Assembly: GCA_963847445.1 (NCBI GenBank)
Contig: CAWJZV010000016.1
Coordinates: forward strand, 1-64,000
Direction of reading: 5' to 3'
DNA: 64,000 bases
From: an uncultured delta proteobacterium
Lineage (GTDB): Bacteria > Desulfobacterota > Binatia > UBA9968
Position 1 is the stretch's first letter; every line of letters begins with the position of its first letter. The translations under genes were made by a program, and so were the position numbers. This document shows positions 11,498 through 21,663 of this stretch, one piece after another. The notes beneath the pieces were generated by a model. It saw nothing but the letters and a program-made list of their open reading frames with translations, was not told the origin of the DNA and made no database searches.

Positions 11498-11756
11498 TGA
11501 TCGTACTGCTGATAATCCACGGTCTTTTCGCCGTCGCCCTACTCGGCGCCATCACGCGGCGATGGGGTCCGGCTGCTGGCTCGCCCAGGCCCCGTCTTTC
11601 ATCCGGCGCATGCGTGCGGTGTCGACCGCATCCCACGTCCCGTCGCGCACGGATCACCGGGCGCTGTCAGCGCGCATCGGGCCGCTGTGGTCGTGGTTGA
11701 TCCCGTCGCTCGTCATGATAGATTTCGCCTATCTATTCAGGAAACTTTTCCTGTGA
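11498..11756 (+). pseudogene. Remnant of a membrane-protein gene
   Basis: Hydrophobic start MIVLLIIHGLFAVALLGAIT, then a frame break and hydrophobic tail PLWSWLIPSLVMIDFAYLF. Confidence 0.3.
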
Positions 11757-11778
11757 TGAAAACTACCGGGACTGCCGA

Positions 11779-12207
11779 TTGAAAATGGGGACGTTTATGA
11801 AATCACCTACCGTCCGCGCCCATCTTGCCGCGACTCTTTTCGCATACTTGCTTTTGGCTCTTTCCAGCTCGGCGTGGGCCGGCGGCGAAGCCGGCGTGGA
11901 CGATCACGACCACGACGACGGGCCCAATTATTTTGGCTTCGTCAAGGATACCTCGGGCAAGACCATCCGCGACGCTAAAGTCACCGCCGATATCAAAGGC
12001 CGGCCTTCCATAGTCGCCCGTACCAACGCCGCCGGCGCTTATCGCATCCCCGGCTTCGGCAAAGATATCTCGCCTAGCAACGTAACCATCTCCTGCGCCA
12101 AAGAAGGCTATAAACAAGCCAGAACGCTGCTCAAGACGCGCCCGAGCAAAACCCCGCCCACCGCCGTCGAGATCGAATGCACCATGCAGCGGCTCGCCGC
12201 GAAATAG
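11779..12207 (+). CDS. Secreted carboxypeptidase-regulatory-like (transthyretin-like) domain protein
   Basis: Signal peptide; FGFVKDTSGKTIRDAKVT...RTNAAGAYRI; His/Asp tract DDHDHDD. Confidence 0.75.
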   Translation: MKMGTFMKSPTVRAHLAATLFAYLLLALSSSAWAGGEAGVDDHDHDDGPNYFGFVKDTSGKTIRDAKVTADIKGRPSIVARTNAAGAYRIPGFGKDISPSNVTISCAKEGYKQARTLLKTRPSKTPPTAVEIECTMQRLAAK

Positions 12208-12317
12208 CCGCGATCACGATCCGACGCCGCGCTGAAACTCCGCCATGCCCCGGCTGCCATCCGTCATTTTTACGGGAGCGGGAATCCAGATTCGCCGTCA
12301 TTGGCAGTACGGGTTGA

Positions 12318-13295
12318 TTGTCGCGACTCGTCTTGCTTCTACGGCTCAGTGTTCAGTCCGAAGCTGCCGCGCAATCCATTCCACTGCGCTACGGCCAGGC
12401 GATTTCCGCGGCTAAGAGCATCTTCTCCCTGCCGATCTTCGTCGGCGAACGGGAAGGTTTCTTTCGCCGCGCAGGTTTGAATTTTAAAATCATCATTCCG
12501 ATTCCCGGCGGTTCGGACAAAATGATCGACGCGCTGCATGACGACACCGTCGATGTCACCCATGTCGCCGTGCCGTTTTTGATTCGCGCCGCGCTCAATG
12601 GCTCCGACGCGGTCGCGGTCGCCGCCGAGTTCACCAATCCGATCTACAGTCTGGTGGTCAAACCGGAAATCAAAAACTTCGCCGATCTCAAGGGCAAATT
12701 GATCGGCCTGGCCGACGAGGCTGGGACGATTTCAATCTCGACACGCAGATTGCTGGCGCTGCATGGCGTCAACAAGGGCGACTTTCGCGTCAAAATTATC
12801 GAAGGCACACCGACGCGCTGGAACTGTCTCAAACGCGGCGAGTGCGACGCCGTGCCGCTCGGCCAGCCGCAGGACTTGATCGCCGAGAAAGAAGGATTCC
12901 GCGTCCTGGGAATTTCCAACGACGCCGTGCCCGACTTTCTCTACACCGTGACGGCCGTGCGCCGCTCCTGGGCGGAGAAAAATCGCGACACCGTGGTGCG
13001 CTACATCCGCGGCCTCAGCGCCACGTTCAAGTTCATCCGCGATCCGGCCAACCGTAAATCGGTCGTGAAAACCATCGTCGAAACCACCGACACCCCCGCC
13101 GACATCGCCCAGCAAACCCTCGCGCTATTTTTCGAACCTGAGCGACATGTCCTGCCGGTGCAAGGCGAGATCAACGTCAATGGCCTCGGCCAAGTGATCG
13201 CCTTCATGGCTGAAGCCGGACTGTTGAAACAGCCCTTGCCCACTGCCGACCGTTTCGTCGAACTCAAGTATCTTCAGGCCGCCGGCGTAAAATAA
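12318..13295 (+). CDS. ABC-type solute-binding protein, NMT1/THI5-like
   Basis: EGFFRRAGL, KPEIKNFADLKGKLIG, SWAEKNRDTVVRYIRG. Confidence 0.85.
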   Translation: MSRLVLLLRLSVQSEAAAQSIPLRYGQAISAAKSIFSLPIFVGEREGFFRRAGLNFKIIIPIPGGSDKMIDALHDDTVDVTHVAVPFLIRAALNGSDAVAVAAEFTNPIYSLVVKPEIKNFADLKGKLIGLADEAGTISISTRRLLALHGVNKGDFRVKIIEGTPTRWNCLKRGECDAVPLGQPQDLIAEKEGFRVLGISNDAVPDFLYTVTAVRRSWAEKNRDTVVRYIRGLSATFKFIRDPANRKSVVKTIVETTDTPADIAQQTLALFFEPERHVLPVQGEINVNGLGQVIAFMAEAGLLKQPLPTADRFVELKYLQAAGVK

Positions 13296-13771
13296 TTTCT
13301 GTTCGGCGGACTTTGCGCGCTCTGCGCTACTACGCATAATAATTATTCGCGTCGCCTGCGCAAACTTCGCAATCATGCGATTGCCGCGCCGCCACCCCCA
13401 GGGCGTATGCAATACGCCCACACAGAAATCCGACTTTGCGCCCTTTGCGTTCTTTGCGGCCATTCTTCTTTTGGTTGCGCCTGTGCCGCGCTAGGCTTTG
13501 ACGCGGATAATTCGTGTCGAATCTTGCAGCGTTGCCGGAATACGCGACTCCAGTTCGCAATTTTCGGTTGCGCGAAGCGAAGCAGCTGTAGTAGACCTAC
13601 GGCCAATCAGGGTCGCCATGATCATGCGGGAAATTTCCAAAAAGCGATCGTCGCACTGCGAAGAGCCACCCCCGAACGTTAGCAAATACTGCGGCGACCC
13701 TCGGTTCGCTGCGCGGTATTCGAAGTACCGTCCGATTCTTAGCTGCAGGAAACCGCTGGCCTATCCATCTG

Positions 13772-14713
13772 ATGGTTTGCGCCGCAATGATTGGCGCTAC
13801 CTGGCCGACGATCGTGGCAGCGGCGGCAAGCCGCCCGCTGCGCATCACCTACTTGAGCAATTCGGTAACCATGGCGCCGCTCTGGATGGCCAAGGAAACC
13901 GGCGCCATCGCTAGGGAAGGGCTCGATGTCGAGATCTTGTCGATGACCGCTAGCGTGGCGGTACCGGCGCTGCTCGCCAACGAACTCGACGCCGTGCAGA
14001 TGTCCGCCGCGCCGGTGCTGACCGCGGCGCTGCGTGGCCATGATCTGGTGTTCGTCTGTGGTTTGCTCAATACCATGATTTGGAATTTTTACGGCCGGCC
14101 CGGCATCGCCAACGCCGAGGCGCTGCGCGGCAAAATTGTCGGCACCGACAGACCGGCGACGCCTGGCGGTTATGCCACCCTGGTTTCCTTGAAGAAGATC
14201 GGCCTCAGCGCCAAAGATGTCCAGCTGTTTCCGGTGGGCAGCAGCGTTTATGTTATCGCCGCGCTCCATGCCGGCCAGGTCATGGCCGGCATCGCCAGCC
14301 CGCCGGCGAGTTTCCAATTGGAAAAAATGGGCTATCACCAGCTGACCAGCCTATTGGATGTGCCCTATCAAAACGTCGGCATCGTCATCCGCCGCAGCCG
14401 CTTCGACGAGTTGCGGGGCCGGCTACTGCCGCTGTTGCGCAGCTTGCGCAGCGGTATCGATCGCTACAACAGCGACAAAAACTTCACCCTCAAAGTGATC
14501 GCCAAATACAACAGGGAAACCGACCCCGATGCCCTGGACCGATCCTATGAATTTTACCGCCGCGCCGGCTTTCGCCGCGAGCTGACGATCTCCGAGCCCG
14601 GCGTCCAGGGCATGCTCGATTTTTTGTCCGAGACCATTCCCGAAGCGAAGAAAGCCAAACCGGCGCAGTTTTTCGACGACCGCTTGGTCAAGCAACTGGA
14701 CGCGGGAAAATGA
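13772..14713 (+). CDS. ABC-type solute-binding protein, NMT1/THI5-like
   Basis: APLWMAKETG..REGLDVE, LRGKIVG, FFDDRLVKQL. Confidence 0.85.
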   Translation: MVCAAMIGATWPTIVAAAASRPLRITYLSNSVTMAPLWMAKETGAIAREGLDVEILSMTASVAVPALLANELDAVQMSAAPVLTAALRGHDLVFVCGLLNTMIWNFYGRPGIANAEALRGKIVGTDRPATPGGYATLVSLKKIGLSAKDVQLFPVGSSVYVIAALHAGQVMAGIASPPASFQLEKMGYHQLTSLLDVPYQNVGIVIRRSRFDELRGRLLPLLRSLRSGIDRYNSDKNFTLKVIAKYNRETDPDALDRSYEFYRRAGFRRELTISEPGVQGMLDFLSETIPEAKKAKPAQFFDDRLVKQLDAGK

Positions 14714-14739
14714 GAAAGAATCGATTCACCACGAAGAGC

Positions 14740-14875
14740 CTAGCGCGGCGAAGCCGCAACCAAAAAGAAGAATGGCCGCAAAGGACGCACAAAAGAATCG
14801 GGAGTCGTGGGGCGGGTTTGAAACCCGGCCCTCTTGGCTTTGGCGCATCGAGAAATTTGCGAAAGCCACGCAAAT
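14740..14875 (+). repeat. ~140-bp composite intergenic repeat containing a third REP family
   Basis: CTAGCGCGGCGAAGCCGCAACC..GAAGAATGGCCGCAAAG..GGGGCGGGTTTGAAACCC..CTCTTGGCTTTGGCGCATCGAG; near copy at 59665-59807, partial inverted copy at ~13434-13495. Confidence 0.8.
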
Positions 14876-14940
14876 TATCTCGGAAAGTAGCACGAAGGGT
14901 TCGGATAATATGGCAAGGCAAATCATCGGAGGATGAAGCC

Positions 14941-16146
14941 ATGGACAATTTCGACAATGTGCTGGTGATCGACGCCGACGGCCATGTGTCTGAGGGCGAC
15001 ATCGATTTCGCCAAACGATTGCCCGACAAGTGGCGTTCTCAAGCGCCGATCAAAGTCAAAGACAACCTCGGCTACACGCGCAATCTTATCGAAGGGCGGA
15101 TCTGGTCGCCCTCTCAAGGACCGGCGCCGGGAGTCACCGGGCCATTCACCGAGAAAGCCCGCAAGTCGCGCCCCGGCATGACGGATCCGCTCGCCCGGTT
15201 GAAAGACATGGACTTGGAAGGCATCGACGTGGCGATTTTATTCGGCACGCCGATCGCGCTCACCGTCAACGGTCTGATGAATGGCGAGTTCGCTGCGGCG
15301 TTGTGCCGAGTGGTGAACGATTGGTTGCTGGAGTATTGCTCGGCGGATCCCCAGCGGCTGCGCGCCGTCGGCTTGATTCCTTGCCAAGCACCGGAGCTGG
15401 CGGTTAAGGAATTGCACTATCTCGCCAGGGGCGGCGCCATCTCCGCCATGTTGCCGACCAACGTCTATGGTTGGAACCTGGGGGATCCGATGTTCATGCC
15501 GATCTATGAAGCGGCGGAAACACTCGGCATGACTCTGAGCGTCCATCCGCAGACGGGCCATGAAGGCATACCGGGCGTCTCCGGCGTGATGGCCGCCGGC
15601 AGCCCGCGCTTTTTCAAGTACCCTTACGTGCACATGACCGCGTTCGTTTTCGAGCTGATGATCGCCATGATGCATATGATCGGTGAAGGGGTTTTCGATC
15701 GCTTCCCTAAACTCAGAGTCGGCTTCATGGAAGGCGGCGCCGGCTGGCTGCCGTTCTGGATGGAGCGTTTCGACGAACATCTGGAAAAGCTCGCGCCGCA
15801 GATGCCCGACTTGAAGCGCCGGCCGAGCGAGATCATCAGGAGCGAGCAGCTGATCGTTACCTGTGAATCGGAAGAGAGCGGCCTCGACCGCGTGCTCCAA
15901 GCCAGCGGCGCCGGCACGGTGTGCTACGCTTCCGATTATTGCCATTGGGATTGCAACTTCCCCGACTCGGTGAAGGATATCGTTGAAGCGCGCGATCTGA
16001 GCTTTGAACAGAAAGAAAGCATTCTCGGCGGCAACGCCAGCGATTTTTTTCAAATGAAAAACCTCCCCCAACCGAGCGCCATAAAGATCGCCCGGCGGAC
16101 CTGGGAGACGGCAGTCGACAAAAGCGCGGCCTACGGCGGGCGTTAA
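14941..16146 (+). CDS. Amidohydrolase family 2 protein
   Basis: IDADGH, RLKDMDLEGID, SVHP, GVFDRFPKLRVGFMEGGAGWLP, YASDYCHWD; RBS GGAGG upstream. Confidence 0.9.
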   Translation: MDNFDNVLVIDADGHVSEGDIDFAKRLPDKWRSQAPIKVKDNLGYTRNLIEGRIWSPSQGPAPGVTGPFTEKARKSRPGMTDPLARLKDMDLEGIDVAILFGTPIALTVNGLMNGEFAAALCRVVNDWLLEYCSADPQRLRAVGLIPCQAPELAVKELHYLARGGAISAMLPTNVYGWNLGDPMFMPIYEAAETLGMTLSVHPQTGHEGIPGVSGVMAAGSPRFFKYPYVHMTAFVFELMIAMMHMIGEGVFDRFPKLRVGFMEGGAGWLPFWMERFDEHLEKLAPQMPDLKRRPSEIIRSEQLIVTCESEESGLDRVLQASGAGTVCYASDYCHWDCNFPDSVKDIVEARDLSFEQKESILGGNASDFFQMKNLPQPSAIKIARRTWETAVDKSAAYGGR

Positions 16147-16242
16147 GGCCTGCGCCCTAGCGCGCCAAAGCCTCCGAACTTCGCGTCTTTGCGCCTTTGC
16201 GAGAAAAATATCCGAATCCGAAATTCCTTAAGGAGTGAAACC

Positions 16243-17286
16243 ATGAGCAAGATAACCGCCATCGACGCTGACGGCCATGTCATCGAGAGAGAAAGCGAAA
16301 TCCGCAAACACTTAAAAGCGCCGTGGAATCTGCGCACGACGGCGCTGCGGCCGGGCGACCAGCCCTGGGATAATTATATGTTCGGCCGCTTCGTCACCGA
16401 GCTGACCTGGAGCAAGCTGTCGGCGCGCGAGCAGGTCGGTAAGTGGCACGACATTCTCGACGAGCATGGCATCGAGACCGCGGTCTGTTTTCCCACCGGC
16501 TCGGGCAGCGTCGTCCGTCTCCAGGAGCTCCAGTTCCAGATCGCCGTGGCGCGCGCCTGCAACGATCACTTCGCCGCCGACTACAATGCGCTGTCCAAGC
16601 GCGTCAAATGCGTCGGCGTGTTACCGCTGCGCTCGCCGCAGGCGGCCGCGGAAGAATTAGAACGCGCGGTAAAAGTATTGGGCATCACCGCCTTCGAGAT
16701 ACTGCCGGTCGGTTTGCCGCTGGCGCTGGGCGATTCCTTCTACGACCCGGTCTACGCGGCGGCGGAACGCTGCGGCGCGGTGCTCGGCATTCACGGCACC
16801 CGCAGTTGGTCGCGCGAGCTCGGCGCCGAAGGGTTGAACACGTTCGCTGAAGTGCATGCCTACGCGTTTACCGCCGGCATCCTGCTCCAGTTCACCAGCA
16901 TGATCTGCCAAGGCGTGCCGGTGCGTTTTCCCAAGCTGCGCTTCGCCTTCCTGGAGATCGGCGCCACCTGGCTGCCCTACTATCTGGACCGTCTCGACGA
17001 GCACTGGGAGAAACGCGCCGAAGTCGAGATGCCGCTGCTGAAAGAAAAACCCAGCGAGTTAGTGAGAAAGTCGGAAGTCTATTTCAGCATCGAGCCCGGC
17101 GAGTCGCAATTGCCCCAGACCATCGACTACGTCGGCGCCGATCATTTTGTCTGGGCGTCGGATATTCCCCACTGGGACTGCGAGTTCCCCGGCAACTTGG
17201 ACCATCTGCGCAACCACGCGGTGCTGTCCGAAGATGTGAAGGAGAAGATCCTCTACAAAAACGCCAAGCGGCTGTTCAATCTGTAA
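16243..17286 (+). CDS. Amidohydrolase family 2 protein
   Basis: IDADGH, LGIHG, RFPKLRFAFLEIGATWLP, WASDIPHWD, ILYKNAKRLF. Confidence 0.9.
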   Translation: MSKITAIDADGHVIERESEIRKHLKAPWNLRTTALRPGDQPWDNYMFGRFVTELTWSKLSAREQVGKWHDILDEHGIETAVCFPTGSGSVVRLQELQFQIAVARACNDHFAADYNALSKRVKCVGVLPLRSPQAAAEELERAVKVLGITAFEILPVGLPLALGDSFYDPVYAAAERCGAVLGIHGTRSWSRELGAEGLNTFAEVHAYAFTAGILLQFTSMICQGVPVRFPKLRFAFLEIGATWLPYYLDRLDEHWEKRAEVEMPLLKEKPSELVRKSEVYFSIEPGESQLPQTIDYVGADHFVWASDIPHWDCEFPGNLDHLRNHAVLSEDVKEKILYKNAKRLFNL

Positions 17287-17440
17287 GGATTGAGACGCGC
17301 TGGAAAACGACGCGACAAGAAACTACCTTGCGCTTAATTGACGCGCACACAACTCCAATGCGTTCTCGATCGACGTGACGACGCCGAAGGACGGCGTGAA
17401 TTTATGGAGCGATGCCGGCTAAAGCCAACCCGGCGTCAAA

Positions 17441-18495
17441 TTATTGTGCCAGCAGTTTCTTCGCGCGCTCGATGACCTCCGGCGGAGAATCGAAGATTTC
17501 TTTGACCAGCGTTCAAGTTCTTCGCCGGATGTTGTACTCGACATCCATGCGGCCTTTTTTCGCCTCGGCCATCACCTCGGGATCGCTCATGGTCTTGAGA
17601 AAGGCCTCGCGCAAAATTTTCACTCGCTCCGCTGGCGTTCCCGGCGTCACCATGATCGGACGGCCAAAATCTCCCGAGGCCAGTAGAATTTGCGATACCC
17701 GGCGGCTATTGGCCGGGACTTTATACTGGTCGAAGAGTCTCGTTAAGCGTCGGCGTATCCGCTGCGTTTGAATCTCGCTTGCGCGCGGTCTGGACCAGAT
17801 GGCGGTCAAAATTCTTCTTATGCCACGAGTCGAACGGCTCGCGGCCAAAATGCGCCGAAAGACTATGGGCGCGGCAAATCACCTCGCCCTTTTCCACCGC
17901 GATATCGATCTCGCTGCCGCCGGCGTAGCCCAGACACGCTGTTGAACTTCGCGCCTACCGTGTCTTCGAGAATTTTCGATAGAATGTAATCGGTGCTGGC
18001 CGTCCCGGTGCTGCCGCATTTGGGCGCTTCCTTCGCCTTGATCACATCCGCGATGGATTTGTACGGCGCATCGGCGCGCATGTAAAAGATATTCGATTCG
18101 ACCGCCGGAGAACCGATGAAATGGAATTTGCGCAGATCATACTGCGCCTCGGCGCGACCGACGAATTGGTCGACGTAGATACCGTTGAGAGGCATGCCCA
18201 GGGTGAGACCGTCCGGTTTGGCCACTTTGTACACGTGGTTGGCGGCGATCACCGAGCCGGCACCCGCCATGATCTGAACGATCATCTCCGGCTGTCCGGG
18301 AATATGCTTGACCATATGCCGGGAAAGGAGACGAGCCCACCGGTCATAAAATCCGCCGGCCGTCGAGCCGACCACGATGCGAATCGTTTTGCCCTTGTAG
18401 AACGGTTCGGCTTGCGCGCGGAGTTCTGGCGCGAAGGCGGGAAGAAAACTGGCCAGAGATAGAATCAAGATTAGCCCAATTCTAAGTTTTTTCAT
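17441..18495 (-). CDS. Bug/TctC tripartite tricarboxylate transporter substrate-binding protein (frameshifted)
   Basis: FYKGKTIRIVVGSTAGGFYD..ARL, KPDGLTL, PGTPAERVKILREAF; continues across frames. Confidence 0.85.
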
Positions 18496-18625
18496 GACGG
18501 TCTCCTTTCGCTGGCCCGATCATTAAAGTGGTTAACGTCAGCCGACCTCGAGAGCAATCGTCAATCGAATTGGCACCTTAGTATCGCAGCCAATCTGGTT
18601 TGTCCATGATCAAGTCTTGCGCAAA

Positions 18626-19082
18626 TCAGGACTCCCCAGTGAACGCGATCGTCGTCGCGCCGGTGGGATCGGAGAGACTGGCGATGATTTCCGCCGGCAC
18701 GGCTTGAGCTTTGATTTCTCCCGCGCGCTCGGGATGGGGCGCGACCCAAACCCGCTTTTCAAAGCCATCGAGAGCGAGCTCGCCTGCTTTGACAATCCGA
18801 TGGCGCACCGTGAAGCTCGAGCGGCCCCACTCGCCCACTTCGCTTTCGACGACGATCTCGTCGTCGAAGCGGCAAGGCATGACGAAACGCGCTCCAACCT
18901 CGACCACCGGCATGCCGACGATGCGGTATTTTTTCCGCATTGCCGAAGGCGTCAAGCCGGTGCGCTCGAAGAGCCAGCCGGTGCTGCTGTCGAAGATGAT
19001 CAAATACTGCGGATAAAAAACGATGCCCGGCTGGATCGCACTGGCCCCACTCGATGCGCAGGGTGCGGCGGTTGGTCAACAT
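18626..19082 (-). CDS. 4HBT-like acyl-CoA thioesterase (frameshift near 19020)
   Basis: IEWGQCDPAG(I)VFYPQY, PVVEVGARF..PCRFDD, GRSSFTVRH. Confidence 0.85.
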
Positions 19083-19099
19083 AGCTTGGTCTAATTTGC

Positions 19100-19462
19100 C
19101 TACAGAGCAATGGGCACGAGCTTGGAGCGCCGCATCTTTCGGTCACGCGTCACCAGTGGCAAACGATGCACGATACTGGTAGCAGCGATGATCTCGTCCG
19201 CGGGATCGCTGTCGAAGTCGAGGGTCTTAATCGTGCGGCAAACATCGAGAGTCAACGGCCAAGTTTGGATGCGCGCCAAGGTCCGCGCTAACTCCGGATG
19301 GTCGAGATCGATTTCGATGCGGTTCAATTCCGATAGTTTGGCGATCTCCCACAGCACGATCGCCGAAATGCTCCAGGTTTGGTTCACCAGCAGGGCGCGC
19401 TCTCGAGGCCTCAATTCGTCGGTTAAGGCGTGGAGCAGAATGTGAGTATCAAGATTCAGCAT
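19100..19462 (-). CDS. vapC: VapC PIN-domain toxin
   Basis: LNLDTHILL, SAIVLWEIA, DPADEIIAAT, LVTRD; overlaps the upstream antitoxin. Confidence 0.9.
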   Translation of the reverse strand: MLNLDTHILLHALTDELRPRERALLVNQTWSISAIVLWEIAKLSELNRIEIDLDHPELARTLARIQTWPLTLDVCRTIKTLDFDSDPADEIIAATSIVHRLPLVTRDRKMRRSKLVPIAL

Positions 19463-19667
19463 CCCACTTTGAACCTGTCGCCATGATGTTGCCTTTGATT
19501 TTGATCTTGCCCTTGAAGCTGCCGATCAGATTTTCGTTATCGGTTTGCACCGGCACGAGCTTGGCCACAGGCTTGCCATGTTTGGTAATGATGATGCCGT
19601 CTTGGTCCACTCGATCGAGCAGCGCCAGGCATTGTTCCTTGAATTTTGCCGCAGGTACCGTTTTCAT
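19449..19667 (-). CDS. Phd/YefM-family antitoxin
   Basis: AAKFKEQCLALLDRV..IIITKHGKPVAKLVP; TATAGT 6 nt before the ATG suggests a leaderless mRNA. Confidence 0.9.
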   Translation of the reverse strand: MKTVPAAKFKEQCLALLDRVDQDGIIITKHGKPVAKLVPVQTDNENLIGSFKGKIKIKGNIMATGSKWDAES

Positions 19668-19742
19668 AGGAAAACTATAGTCGAAGCCTAGTTTGTTTTC
19701 TAGTCACAAAAAATGGCCATTAATCGTGACATCTCGGGCAGC

Positions 19743-21459
19743 TTACGCCGAACAAATAATATTGATCACCGCCTGGCGTTTTTCGACATTCACCGCTTTG
19801 AGGCCGCGCTCGAGGGCCGGTATCACGTCGCTCGCCTCGGTGACTTTTTCGCCGTAACCGTCGGCGACCTCCACCGCTTTTTGGTAATTCGAGATACTGT
19901 CTAGGAAAGTGATCGGCTGCTTTTGGCTCTTGGCGGCGTAGCCCTCCTTGGTCATGTCGACGGTGGCGCGGCGCACCGCTTGCCAGCGCTGGTTGTTGAA
20001 CAGCACGGTCAACACCGGCAGTTCCTGCTCGGCGCCGACATAGTGGGCCGAGATCGGATTGCCGAACATGTACGAGCCGTCGCCGTGGGTGCCGATCACC
20101 AACCGGTCGCGGGCGGCGAGCTTGGCGCCGAGCGCGCAGCCCAAGCCGTGGCCGAGCCCGGAGGCGGCGCCGGCGTTGAACATGGTCGCTGGCTGGGAGA
20201 AGTCAATATACTCCGGCGCCAGAGGCGACTCTTTGATGACGATGGTGTCTTTGGTTTTGATCTTATCGATGCAGTGAGTGATCCAGGCGGGGTGGATCGG
20301 CGACTGGCCTTTGACCTCGGCGAGTTTTTTGCTCCAGCCATCGCGCAACGCTTGCCAGCTCACCGCCAGCGCCGCCCGCCGCTTGTCGATGCGCAGCTTC
20401 GCCCGCGCTTCATGCTCGGCCATGGTTTCGTTGAGCACGCGCAATCCCTCGGCGGTGGCGCAGGCGAGCGCGATGTCGCAGGGATGGCCGCGCACCGGCA
20501 CATAGCCGTGCAGCGGATCGGCACCCATGTGAATCACTTTCGCGTCATCGCGCACTTTGTCAGTCGCCGGCAACCAGGGCACGGCGATATCGATGGCGAG
20601 GATTACGTCGGCGCTTTGCAATAACGGTTTCAGCTCGTAGCCCAAATTCATCGGATGGTTGCTGGCTATCGACATGTAACGGTTGCGGTACTGGATCACC
20701 GGGATCGCGTAACGTTCGGCGAACTCGCCGAGCGCGGTCCATGCCTTGGGATCCCGGCCGGCGCAATTGGTGATGATCAGGGGATTTTCCGCGGCGGCCA
20801 AGCAGCGCCGCCACTTCCTCGACGGCATCGCCATTGGGGGAAGCCGGCGCCGCCGCATGTTGGCGCGACGGCGTCGTATAGGTGAACTCGCTCATCTTAT
20901 GCGCCAGCACCTCGCGCGGCAGCGAGAGATAGACCGGCCCCATGGGCTCGCTCTTGGCGATGCTCAGCGCCCGGTCGACCACGGTTTCCAATTGCTGGCC
21001 GTTGCGCAGTTCGTAGTCCCACTTCACCGACTCGCGCAGCATGCCGGCCTGATCGAACATCTCCTGGGTCCAGTGGATGTCCAGGCTGCGGTGTCCGTCC
21101 AAGCCGTCTTCGTTGGTCGGCGTGCGCCCGGCGGTAAACAGCATCGGCACATGGCCGCGGGCGGCGTTGAGCAAGCCGTTCATGCCGTTGGCGGTGCCGA
21201 CGTTGACGTGGACCATGACCGCCTGGGGTTTGCCGGTGACGAGATAATAACCGATGGCCATGTGCATGGCGGTATTCTCGTGGGGACAGGTGATCGCCGT
21301 CGGCACCCGGGTCTCCAACACCTGCGCCTTGGCCAGCGATTCGACCACCGGCGCGAAATCGGTTCCGGCGTTGGCGAACCAGTAATCGATGCCGCGGTCG
21401 GCGAGCAACGCCAAATAGGCGTCGGAGACGGTAACGTTGTTGAGCGTAATCTTTGCCAT
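19743..21459 (-). CDS. Thiamine pyrophosphate-dependent enzyme (acetolactate synthase-like; frameshift near 20800)
   Basis: FANAGTDFAP, PHENTA, VHVNVGTAN, GPVYLSLPRE, TPP motif GDGSYMFG...NN. Confidence 0.92.
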
Positions 21460-21578
21460 GAGCCAAGCCCCTTTCTGGGAAACTCGCTAATTCATACGGC
21501 AGGTGGCGGTCGATTTGCAAAAGCTTTTTTTGCCACGCAGACGGTTTAGCGAAAACAATAGCGCCGATGGCAGACCAC

Positions 21579-21620
21579 AAAAAAGCGACGGAGCCTTCAC
21601 CGCGTAAAGACTCCGTCGCT
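21579..21620 (-). terminator. Intrinsic terminator
   Basis: AGCGACGGAG...CTCCGTCGCT stem followed by a T-run on the minus strand, downstream of the 21664 gene. Confidence 0.65.
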
Positions 21621-21663
21621 CAGCTGTCCGCGGTCTACTTCGCGGAGATTTAATGCCGACTGG

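Noticed and set aside
14710-14940. N-terminal extension of the amidohydrolase in the ORF track
   Set aside because: It is a translated intergenic repeat. The RBS and motif position point to a start at 14941.
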